This document shows, piece by piece, positions 28,392-35,778 of a DNA stretch of 39,984 nt. The stretch's first letter is position 1. Each line of letters begins with the position of its first letter. This DNA comes from a virus (taxonomy: Duplodnaviria > Caudoviricetes). The stretch is taken from the IMG/VR virus record IMGVR_UViG_3300032318_000609, positions 1 to 39,984 of that record; one strand, given 5' to 3'. The notes under the pieces were generated by a model. That model made no database searches. It saw nothing but the letters and a program-made list of their open reading frames with translations, and was not told where the DNA came from. The translations under genes were made by a program, and so were the position numbers.

Positions 28392-29259
28392 TGTTTGCCT
28401 CCTCGGCATCTGTAGTTGGCGCCCCGATTAGGGAGCCTTTGCATTTTGACCAGACTGGACACCAACGCTGTGAGCAGAGGTGATGCTGGTCATTCATGAG
28501 CCATCGTTGTGATGGCAAATGAACTTGTGCCAATAGTACGCTATTGACGAGTGATGTTGTTTGAGTTGTAATCCAATTGTCATGTTCTTCTGTGCGTGTC
28601 ACGTTCACTATCTGACCGGTTGATGAAGCATTGCGAATCATCACACCAAAGTTGAAGTTCACCGTGTAATCAATCAACCCAAGTCGGGTTGCAGCGCAAG
28701 CGTAAACAGACGACTGAATGTTCTGTGATTGCTTCTCGGCTTCGTAATACTTTCGAGCCGCAGTCTTCCAGTCCCAAATGCTTTCGGGGTGAAAGTAATC
28801 CATTGTGCCTTCGTACCAAAGTTCGTACTGCCACAAAGAGTTCTCCACCTCGGCAACCTTTGCCTCAAACTTGAACTCAGGTTGTCCACCTAGAGGAACA
28901 TGGGGGTAGATATCCCTAGCCCATGCTTCCGCCATAGATGCAATGTGTTTGTCCCAGTTCTTTGGGTCTGTGTTGGTGATGTTGATTTCCTTGCCCTCAG
29001 CAAGTAGGTGTTGTTCCTTGGAACGAAACGCCCACACCGAGCGTTCTGCAATGTCTCGCACATCAATCTCTTCACGCAGGACATTTTCAATACCAGCGTG
29101 GACTGCTGTACCCATCATTGCTGAGTCGTTCTCACGACGTTCTTCAGGGTAAAGGGCTGTCAGCCTTGCACGCTCAGGACACATGAGAGCGTCACCAAGC
29201 CAAGACTGACGGACATAAATCCTGTCCACTGATGTTCCATTATCGTTTTCTATTCGCAT
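28384..29259 (-). CDS. Cas4/RecB-like PD-(D/E)XK exonuclease with Fe-S/Zn Cys ligands; likely start ATG 29259
   Basis: CPER, GTAVH, GTMD...DWKT, QSSVY, C-x3-C-x5-C C-terminus. Confidence 0.85.
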   Translation of the reverse strand: MRIENDNGTSVDRIYVRQSWLGDALMCPERARLTALYPEERRENDSAMMGTAVHAGIENVLREEIDVRDIAERSVWAFRSKEQHLLAEGKEINITNTDPKNWDKHIASMAEAWARDIYPHVPLGGQPEFKFEAKVAEVENSLWQYELWYEGTMDYFHPESIWDWKTAARKYYEAEKQSQNIQSSVYACAATRLGLIDYTVNFNFGVMIRNASSTGQIVNVTRTEEHDNWITTQTTSLVNSVLLAQVHLPSQRWLMNDQHHLCSQRWCPVWSKCKGSLIGAPTTDAEEANNG

Positions 29260-29286
29260 TGCTTCTCTTTTCTGTGATGTAAGTGA

Positions 29287-29313
29287 GCACCTGTCGCCCA
29301 TTGGCGACGGTGC
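29287..29313. other. GC-rich hairpin in the leader of the replication cluster
   Basis: GCACC(T)GTCGCC-CATT-GGCGAC-GGTGC. Confidence 0.55.
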
Positions 29314-29383
29314 GGAGTGTGTGCCCCCCCCCCTTTCCCCCCCCATTGTGACAGACAATGGAAGGGAATACTGGGGTGGTTAC

Positions 29384-29405
29384 AAGTGAGATACCTGTCT
29401 CAGTT
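29384..29405. repeat. Dyad motif copy 1 (AAGTGAGA-TACCTG-TCTCAGTT)
   Basis: 1 bp from the stop of the transglycosylase gene. Confidence 0.85.
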
Positions 29406-29406
29406 T

Positions 29407-29826
29407 TTATAGACCCCACGGACCAAAGCCGTTGTCATATCGGGCGTCTGCATAGTTGTAAATAGCAAGTGCTGACCTCAGGTTGCGGTAAGGACCGAAC
29501 AGCCCCTCAGAACGCTTCACAATGCCTCTAGAAGCCAACCACGGTGTCCAGAAGCCATTGATTTGCACCAAGCCTCTAGACCCGCCATTGGGGTCGTCTG
29601 CATTGTGTTGAGCGGGGTCACACCTGCTCTCACGCCACATGAGATAATCCAATGTCGGTAGTAGCGACTGCTTCCACCCTGCATCAACAGCGGTTTGCCA
29701 CCATTGAGGACACAGCGCAGAGGCAGAAATATCCACCGGCTCTGGAATGTCATGCTTGATAACAGAAGTGGGGGGCACGAAGCCCCCCACACCTAATGAA
29801 ACTGAGATAAGTATTTTTGCTAACAA
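29407..29826 (-). CDS. Secreted SLT/lysozyme-like lytic transglycosylase
   Basis: Hydrophobic N-terminus; MWRESRC catalytic Glu; SRGLVQIN; N...A..IY; GFGPW. Confidence 0.85.
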   Translation of the reverse strand: MLAKILISVSLGVGGFVPPTSVIKHDIPEPVDISASALCPQWWQTAVDAGWKQSLLPTLDYLMWRESRCDPAQHNADDPNGGSRGLVQINGFWTPWLASRGIVKRSEGLFGPYRNLRSALAIYNYADARYDNGFGPWGL

Positions 29827-30051
29827 TTACAACCCCCTTAGTGCTTCCAATAGGACTTCTTCCATCTCTTGCTTTGCAGATAGAAGTTCTTCCAACTCTG
29901 CATGAGTTGAGTCGGCTCTCCGACCATCACCTAGACGCTGGGTTTTCTTTGCCAGTTGGTCTACGCCGATAGCCAAAGACTTTACGACAGCACGCAACTC
30001 TGAAAGAGTTAGTGTCACCTCAAGGGTTGGTTCATCTTTGCGATTACTCAC
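29827..30051 (-). CDS. Hypothetical helical protein
   Basis: GTGA coupling with the upstream gene. Confidence 0.65.
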   Translation of the reverse strand: MSNRKDEPTLEVTLTLSELRAVVKSLAIGVDQLAKKTQRLGDGRRADSTHAELEELLSAKQEMEEVLLEALRGL

Positions 30052-30578
30052 GGTAGTTGCCTTTCATTCTGAATAGATGCTGATTTGAGTGCACGAACAA
30101 CGTCGCACATATCTTGCATGGCACTTGCTAATGAGCCCATTGCGTTACCTTCGTCGTATGTAACGGCTTCTTCGTCCGTAAATCGGATAGAAGAGCCCAT
30201 TTTTCCGTTGTGCATCATTGTCATAAGACGCACACGCCTACGCTCAGGGTGTTGTGATGGTGCAGTTTCGTTGTCAGCATCATCGCCCTTGGCAATGGGT
30301 GCAGCCCAACCACAAGTAACAATGGCAAAGCCGTTGTAACCAGAGTCAAACAACAACACAGCGTTGAATGTATCGTCAAGCATTTCGTACACATCAGCAT
30401 GTTCTGCAATCTTTCTGATTGCTGGAACTTCACCACGAACATAATCAACAGCAAACAACATTGCGTTGCCTATGTCGAATGGTGATGTTGCTTCACTTTC
30501 TACTTTGCTTGATATTGCTTGGTCAATCTCTCGTAGAGTTTGCTCAAACTTTTCTGAATAGTTTATTGGTGTGCTCAT
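30048..30578 (-). CDS. Hypothetical protein with GWAAP...PSQHPERRRV motif; likely start ATG 30578
   Basis: ATGA overlap with the WhiB stop. Confidence 0.65.
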   Translation of the reverse strand: MSTPINYSEKFEQTLREIDQAISSKVESEATSPFDIGNAMLFAVDYVRGEVPAIRKIAEHADVYEMLDDTFNAVLLFDSGYNGFAIVTCGWAAPIAKGDDADNETAPSQHPERRRVRLMTMMHNGKMGSSIRFTDEEAVTYDEGNAMGSLASAMQDMCDVVRALKSASIQNERQLP

Positions 30579-30826
30579 TTTTTTCTGTTCTTTCTGTAGT
30601 CGGCTTTGCCGTTTGTTAGTGTTACTCCACCCCAAATGCCCCATGAGTTGGTTGCCTTGCCGTAAGCGAGGCACTCAACTTTCAGTGAGCATTCAGAGCA
30701 AATTGCTTTTGCTTGCTTCCATTCTTTCATTTTCTGTTTGGTAGGTGGCCATTCTGGAAACCACCACACAGTTGGTTGGGACTTACACTTTGCTTCAGTG
30801 AAGTCTATCGTCACAGGCTCAAACAT
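30575..30826 (-). CDS. whiB: WhiB-family Fe-S transcription factor
   Basis: AKC...WWFP...AKAICSECSLKVECL...WGIWGG; basic tail. Confidence 0.92.
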   Translation of the reverse strand: MFEPVTIDFTEAKCKSQPTVWWFPEWPPTKQKMKEWKQAKAICSECSLKVECLAYGKATNSWGIWGGVTLTNGKADYRKNRKK

Positions 30827-31352
30827 CTGAACCTGCTGTCAATCGGTTCTGAATAACCCTGAGCACTTTCTCTGCAATCTCGTTAGAAAGATTGCTAGTC
30901 ATTGACTCAACCTTTTCACCAACCAATTCTCTGATGAATGATGCGCTCAATGTTTCAGCAATGTTCACCTGTACTTGATTGTTCACCATGTTTCTGAAAC
31001 GGTTGTTGTTCATGAGAAGGCGCAAGAACATTTCGTTCTCCCACAGTGGTGCTGTGAGGTCTATGAGTTCCTGATAGTCAAGGTTGTCACGGACTTGAGT
31101 AACAATCTCGCTGTAGTCAATGCTTTCCAAGACCCAGTTACGCACCTTGCGTGTAAAGTCCCGGCTCTCCTCAAGATATGAAGACACAGACTCAACAACA
31201 TTGTCGTGAGTTGGTATGCGACCGTTTACATGTCGCTCTACCTGCTCAATGATTGTTGTCTCTAGTGATTGACTGAATAGTGATGGCATAGATGCGCTGT
31301 CCAAAGACACATCGAATTCCATTACTTGTGGGATTAGTTTGATTGTTGTCAT
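30819..31352 (-). CDS. Hypothetical helical protein
   Basis: AAGGAG SD; IDYSEI/LDYQEL internal repeat. Confidence 0.7.
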   Translation of the reverse strand: MTTIKLIPQVMEFDVSLDSASMPSLFSQSLETTIIEQVERHVNGRIPTHDNVVESVSSYLEESRDFTRKVRNWVLESIDYSEIVTQVRDNLDYQELIDLTAPLWENEMFLRLLMNNNRFRNMVNNQVQVNIAETLSASFIRELVGEKVESMTSNLSNEIAEKVLRVIQNRLTAGSDV

Positions 31353-31354
31353 GA

Positions 31355-31507
31355 TTAGTTCATCTCCTTGTAGTTGTCATTCTTGGTTTCTTTGAGGTTG
31401 GTGTAGATGATGACTTGACCGTCGTTGTCTACATCCATGCTGTAATCAGGTATGAGTTTCGCCAACTTTGTGCGGAACTCATAACCGTCAATGACTTTCT
31501 TTTTCAT
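31355..31507 (-). CDS. Small hypothetical protein (50 aa; not in ORF track)
   Basis: MKKKVIDGYEFRTKLAKLIPDYSMDVDNDGQVIIYTNLKETKNDNYKEMN; AAGGAG SD; ATGA overlap. Confidence 0.7.
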   Translation of the reverse strand: MKKKVIDGYEFRTKLAKLIPDYSMDVDNDGQVIIYTNLKETKNDNYKEMN

Positions 31508-31659
31508 TTCTGTTCTCCTTGTGTTTGTGTGTGTGTTTCTTTCTTGAGTGCATCTGGAATGAGGTCATCAAATGTGACCTCAGTCAGACGGACATTGTTC
31601 TTCGCAAACCCTCGCTGGAATGCAGCGAGGTAGTATGCGTACCGCTCTTCTTGGTTCAT
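31504..31659 (-). CDS. Small hypothetical protein; likely start ATG 31659
   Basis: AGGAG SD before MNQEERY. Confidence 0.6.
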   Translation of the reverse strand: MNQEERYAYYLAAFQRGFAKNNVRLTEVTFDDLIPDALKKETHTQTQGEQK

Positions 31660-31666
31660 GTTTCTC

Positions 31667-32683
31667 CTAGTTGTAACTTGGGTGTGTTGTTGTTTGAGTT
31701 GGGACAACTACGGCATTGGCTTCGTAGATATCCTGATTGAATGCTTCCAAATCATAGATTTGGTAGATGGCTGACCAACATGCACATGGATATTGCGCAC
31801 CACAGAAGTGGCAACCACCACATTGGTCACAGTGTGTTTCTAGAACACCATCTGGTGTCTTGTGTGCGTGAGCACAGTTGTAACACTCAATGAGTTGTAC
31901 GGTGTCGTCAATGTGAGTAGTGAACACATCAAACTGTTGCATCTCTTCTTCTGCAAGATATTCGAGTTCGTCGTCGTAATCTGGAATGTACAAACCAGCA
32001 TCGGTTTTCTTGTCCCATGATGACGCATACGAAGTCTTGCCGTATGTGTAATCCCAGTCGTTGTCGTCGTAACCCCAAAGACTGCCACTTGATTTGTATG
32101 AAGTGCCAGTGTAAGTCTTGTAAGTCACAGGCTCGTATGAGTAGTTAGACCACCACATATCTTTATCCCAGTGACCAGACTTCTCGTTGAGTATGTACCA
32201 CTCTTGCTTTGACTCTTGATTAGTTGTGAGGAATACCAACTTGGAACCAGTAGCCCATGCTTCTAGTTTCTTGTAGTATTCATCATCATCAAGAGACAGA
32301 ATGCCACCGACAGATGGCATGATGTCTTGTGCAAACACTTTCGTATCTGAACGCACATCACCCTTGGGGATAGCGACAGGAAGAATACCGTTGTGACCAA
32401 CGACAGACTCCTTATCTTTACCCAAGAAGAACGGGTGACAGTTAGCAACTGTTTCCGAACCATGAGTAGCCCAACGGAAGTGGAAGATTGCAGGACCATT
32501 GTGTGTTGGTCGCAAGTCAATAAACTTGTTTGCAACCTCATCAAAGTTCATGCTGTGATAAGTGACAATCTTCTTGCCTGTTGATATTGCGAAACCGAAA
32601 CCATCTGGATTGGATTGGGCAGCAACTCTGAACCTGTCCATGTCTGGAGAGACATAATCAGGAATGAATGTTAGTAAACACAT
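31667..32683 (-). CDS. Class II (Ntn) glutamine amidotransferase with Cys-rich C-terminal extension
   Basis: N-terminal MC, NPDGFG, HFRWATHG, NCHPF, HNG, SDT. Confidence 0.9.
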   Translation of the reverse strand: MCLLTFIPDYVSPDMDRFRVAAQSNPDGFGFAISTGKKIVTYHSMNFDEVANKFIDLRPTHNGPAIFHFRWATHGSETVANCHPFFLGKDKESVVGHNGILPVAIPKGDVRSDTKVFAQDIMPSVGGILSLDDDEYYKKLEAWATGSKLVFLTTNQESKQEWYILNEKSGHWDKDMWWSNYSYEPVTYKTYTGTSYKSSGSLWGYDDNDWDYTYGKTSYASSWDKKTDAGLYIPDYDDELEYLAEEEMQQFDVFTTHIDDTVQLIECYNCAHAHKTPDGVLETHCDQCGGCHFCGAQYPCACWSAIYQIYDLEAFNQDIYEANAVVVPTQTTTHPSYN

Positions 32684-32730
32684 ATTGTGTTCCTTTCTTG
32701 TTTGTTTGTTTGTTGATTTGTGATGTTAGG

Positions 32731-32753
32731 AAACTGAGATACATGTCTCAGTT
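32731..32753. repeat. Dyad motif copy 2 (AAACTGAGA-TACATG-TCTCAGTT)
   Basis: Contains the TGA stop of the amidoligase; 23/23 identical to 33911-33933. Confidence 0.9.
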
Positions 32754-33812
32754 GTCGTCACCGTGAGAAGAGCAACGCTCTGCGATACGGTCAGACAGAA
32801 TGGAATAACGGTCTTGAGTTTTCACCCATGAACGGAATGAACGGAACGCCAAAGCGTTGCCAGACATAACTTTCTTAGTGTCACACTCTGTCTCAGTGTA
32901 AGTAAAGACTGCATCACAGAACTGCAAGGCAGCCTGAACAGTCTTGGGGTTGAGTGATGGCTTGAAGAAACGCAACTCAACAGTGTGGCGGTTCTGCAAG
33001 TTCACAGCACAGTAACGCTCGTTGTTGCGTTCCTCGTTCTTAGCGAACTTCATCAACGAGGAAGTTGTACGAGTGACATAGTTGCCATCGTCGTTGTACT
33101 CATTCCATGAGTTGAGGAAATAAGCCTTGTCAAAGTTAGCCCAACGCTCGCTATCACGACCTGCGAAACGCTTTACATCTGCAGAGTTATCAAGTATCAA
33201 CTTGAAGAACTTGAATAGATGCTTTTCGTCTCGGAATGCAGAGCGTGACAAGTGAACATGCAGACCACATGTGCTTGTGTCCCACGACTTGCAACCTTTC
33301 TTGATTAGACCAGAGATACCGTTCCAATCAAAGTGATTAGTTGCAAAGCCCAATGTCATTGGGTGCGAAACAATTTCGAACCCATGATTGAGTGAGCCAT
33401 CTTCTTTGAGATACACAATTTCGTTGCTCTGCGTGTTGATTGTGTCAAGCACGAAACGTGCACAATCCTCACGAGGGAAACGACCTGTCTCTAACTCCAA
33501 CTCAAAGCCCATGTACAACGGTGTACGGTTCAATGATGTTGTCTGGTCAATGACTGTTGCATAATACGATTTATGCCCATCATCATTGAGGAATATTGGT
33601 GATGGCTTAGCAGAGTAAGACATGATGAGACTGTCGTCTTCATCTCGTTCTTGCTCTTCTTCCAGTTCCTGCTCGCAAGCATGCTCGTAGTCACTGTTGC
33701 AATCACAACAACGCAAGTTGTCGTCGTATTCGTTTGCGTACATGTCGTCTACGTCCATGGTGTCATGGCAGTCGTAGCAATCTCTGTACTCTATGTTGTC
33801 ATTTAGTGGCAT
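32748..33812 (-). CDS. COOH-NH2 ligase / putative amidoligase (glutamine-synthetase-like fold) with N-terminal CxxC pairs; likely start ATG 33812
   Basis: GFELELE, KEDGSL..GFEIVSHP, TCGLHVH, RYCAVN, TVELR. Confidence 0.9.
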   Translation of the reverse strand: MPLNDNIEYRDCYDCHDTMDVDDMYANEYDDNLRCCDCNSDYEHACEQELEEEQERDEDDSLIMSYSAKPSPIFLNDDGHKSYYATVIDQTTSLNRTPLYMGFELELETGRFPREDCARFVLDTINTQSNEIVYLKEDGSLNHGFEIVSHPMTLGFATNHFDWNGISGLIKKGCKSWDTSTCGLHVHLSRSAFRDEKHLFKFFKLILDNSADVKRFAGRDSERWANFDKAYFLNSWNEYNDDGNYVTRTTSSLMKFAKNEERNNERYCAVNLQNRHTVELRFFKPSLNPKTVQAALQFCDAVFTYTETECDTKKVMSGNALAFRSFRSWVKTQDRYSILSDRIAERCSSHGDDN

Positions 33813-33855
33813 GATAGCCCTTTCTGTTTGTTGTTTGTTTCTCATAACGGAATGT

Positions 33856-33909
33856 CATGAGCGAGAATGCACCAATAAATGGGGGAATACTGATGCACTC
33901 TCGCCCACG
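33856..33909 (-). other. 22-bp RNA stem with UUCCCCCAUU loop in the amidoligase leader
   Basis: Fully paired on the - strand using five G-U pairs, which would be A-C mismatches on the + strand. Confidence 0.75.
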
Positions 33910-33910
33910 C

Positions 33911-33933
33911 AAACTGAGATACATGTCTCAGTT
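33911..33933. repeat. Dyad motif copy 3 (identical to copy 2)
   Basis: CAAACTGAGA-TACATG-TCTCAGTTTG with perfect 10-bp arms. Confidence 0.9.
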
Positions 33934-33947
33934 TGTATGAGCGTTGC

Positions 33948-34358
33948 TCACGCAACTTGTTCTGCGTGAACATCACCTGATTTCACTGAAGAGAATACAA
34001 GGTTCTTGTACTTCCTCCTCCAATTAGTAAGAGTTGATGAACTGATACCCAAATCAAATAACGCTGGTTCTCTATCAACTCCTTGGTTTCTAAGCACCTG
34101 ATATTGAGCAAGTATTTCTACTATTTCTTCAGGTGTATGTTTGCGCTTTGGTTTTTCTTCATTGACACTAATGCTTCCATCAGAAATACCGTAAGCATAA
34201 TGCACTTGTTCTTCCAGAATGTAATCACCCCACTCGTAAATGTTTGGTCTACGACCACCAAGATTTGGTGGGTCGTAATCATCATCATCAAACAAGTCGC
34301 TGTCAATCTTTGGTGAGAGGAATATTCCATTGGTTCTGTAACTGATGAAGTAGTTCAT
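33948..34358 (-). CDS. Protein with a C-terminal HTH resembling IS3 OrfA-type HTH
   Basis: KRKHTPEEIVEIL...LGISSSTLTNWRRKY. Confidence 0.65.
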   Translation of the reverse strand: MNYFISYRTNGIFLSPKIDSDLFDDDDYDPPNLGGRRPNIYEWGDYILEEQVHYAYGISDGSISVNEEKPKRKHTPEEIVEILAQYQVLRNQGVDREPALFDLGISSSTLTNWRRKYKNLVFSSVKSGDVHAEQVA

Positions 34359-34504
34359 TTCTGTTTCTCCATTTCTTCTGTTAGTTTCGCAAGTGCTTTG
34401 CGTAAACGCTCGTTTTCTTCTTGCAACAACTCAATATCAATCCTGTCGTTTTCCAGTGTTGCTCTCATTTGCTTGAGTTGCATCTTGATGTAACTACTTG
34501 TCAT
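34355..34504 (-). CDS. Small coiled-coil protein; likely start ATG 34504
   Basis: AAGGAG SD, ATGA overlap; LQEENERLRKAL heptads. Confidence 0.65.
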   Translation of the reverse strand: MTSSYIKMQLKQMRATLENDRIDIELLQEENERLRKALAKLTEEMEKQK

Positions 34505-34755
34505 GAGTTGTCTCCTTTTAGATGGTTGATGTGTGCAACATACTTCTTCAGGCACTTGTCGAATTTCTTCATGTGCTTCTCGTAGTCCTCCCACGGTTTT
34601 TCAGGTGCATTTAGTAATTCATGGCAATGCACATACATCTTGCGCACATTATCCATGTCCTCTAAGAGACACACATCTTCTCCGTAAATCTCAGAGAAGA
34701 TGCTGTCAAGCAATTCCATTGACCGATACTGATGTACTTTGATTTTCTTACTCAT
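34501..34755 (-). CDS. Hypothetical protein
   Basis: AGGAG SD; coupled overlaps. Confidence 0.7.
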   Translation of the reverse strand: MSKKIKVHQYRSMELLDSIFSEIYGEDVCLLEDMDNVRKMYVHCHELLNAPEKPWEDYEKHMKKFDKCLKKYVAHINHLKGDNS

Positions 34756-34967
34756 TTCTGTTCTCCTGTTTCTTTCTGTGTTGTTGTGTCTGTATCCCAG
34801 ATGTCATCTAGGTAGTGTGCATATTTGTAATCTGTTAGCAAATTGCATTTCAGCAACATCTTCGTGATGAAGAAGTATGTATCGCCAAGGTTTCGACCGT
34901 TGCGATAATGCTGAATAACTCTGAACTTGCTGAATGATGGTTTGAGTTGTACTGATTGGTCTTTCAT
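34752..34967 (-). CDS. Hypothetical protein
   Basis: A-rich leader ending GAAACAGAAATG; ATGA overlap. Confidence 0.65.
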   Translation of the reverse strand: MKDQSVQLKPSFSKFRVIQHYRNGRNLGDTYFFITKMLLKCNLLTDYKYAHYLDDIWDTDTTTQKETGEQK

Positions 34968-34992
34968 TTCTGTTTCTCTTTCTGTGTAGTGG

Positions 34993-35014
34993 AAGTGAGA
35001 TAACTATCTCAGTT
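34993..35014. repeat. Dyad motif copy 4 (AAGTGAGA-TAACTA-TCTCAGTT)
   Basis: Contains the TGA stop (35009-35011) of the upstream gene. Confidence 0.85.
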
Positions 35015-35197
35015 CCAGTCCTTGTTGGTTGGGTGGTTGTACTTACTCCAGTTACGCATTTCCATTTCTTGGCGAGCAATCCATTCATCACTCATAGTCC
35101 AATCTTTCTCTGCTTTCTCGTAGCCGTACTCAAATGCGAAGCCCCAAACTGCGAGCACCACAAGCATTGCCATAGTAAATAGTCCGAACCAATTCAT
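35009..35197 (-). CDS. Small single-TM early protein
   Basis: WFGLFTMAMLVVLAVWGFAF hydrophobic segment; GAGGT SD. Confidence 0.7.
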   Translation of the reverse strand: MNWFGLFTMAMLVVLAVWGFAFEYGYEKAEKDWTMSDEWIARQEMEMRNWSKYNHPTNKDWN

Positions 35198-35237
35198 TGC
35201 ATTACCTCTTTCGTTTGTTTGTATATCTGCTCACCGA

Positions 35238-35294
35238 GTGTGAACATGACGACACACCATGCAGGGGGTTGCATGATGTATCGGTAACTCACAC
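35238..35294 (-). other. Long RNA hairpin with ACCCCC loop
   Basis: 14-bp stem 35250-35283 with two G-U pairs on the - strand plus an outer 7-bp stem. Confidence 0.65.
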
Positions 35295-35302
35295 CGAGTT
35301 AC

Positions 35303-35324
35303 AACTGAGATTACTGTCTCAGTT
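35303..35324. repeat. Dyad motif copy 5 (AACTGAGA-TTACTG-TCTCAGTT)
   Basis: Overlaps the TAA stop (35323-35325). Confidence 0.85.
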
Positions 35325-35778
35325 ATTTCATGTACTTGATTACTGCTTCCAACTGAGCCTTTGTGTACTTCTTGCTCAATGCTTCTGCAGTGCGCTTAGC
35401 CGAGAAACGGCTAGTGGACTTAGCATTTGCACGCTGTCCCTCACCGCTCATCATTGCCTTGACGCTTGCCCAAGTTGCGTAGGTGTATTCTTTCTCGCAA
35501 GCAATGATTACGCCTTCAATGCTCTTGTACTTGCTCAATGCACGGAGTGCTATTGAGACATTGGTGCGAATAGTGCTGTCGCTGTTGCGAACCTCACCTG
35601 CATTACTTGCTGACAATGATGCCTTTGCATACTCACTTGCATTAGCGCCAAGTTTCTTTGCTTCTGCACCTGCACCAAGCCAACCTCGCACAACATCTGC
35701 CGACCCATTGAGAATGAGTGGCTCGTGCACGAGACGGAACTTGGTTACTAACTTTACTTGCTTTGCTATCTTTGCCAT
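35323..35778 (-). CDS. Ala/Lys-rich early hypothetical protein; likely start ATG 35778
   Basis: AAGGAG SD preceded by an A/C-rich leader. Confidence 0.75.
   Translation of the reverse strand: MAKIAKQVKLVTKFRLVHEPLILNGSADVVRGWLGAGAEAKKLGANASEYAKASLSASNAGEVRNSDSTIRTNVSIALRALSKYKSIEGVIIACEKEYTYATWASVKAMMSGEGQRANAKSTSRFSAKRTAEALSKKYTKAQLEAVIKYMK

Noticed and set aside
28384-29259. Cas4-like nuclease as evidence of CRISPR-Cas
   Set aside because: Stand-alone Cas4/RecB-like nucleases are routine in phage replication modules; there is no cas1/cas2 or array.
29798-29820. Seventh dyad site (AAACTGAGATAAGTATTTTTG)
   Set aside because: Only the left arm matches and it lies in coding sequence; at best a half-site.
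33948-34358. IS3-family insertion sequence
   Set aside because: No DDE transposase, terminal inverted repeats or target duplication seen.
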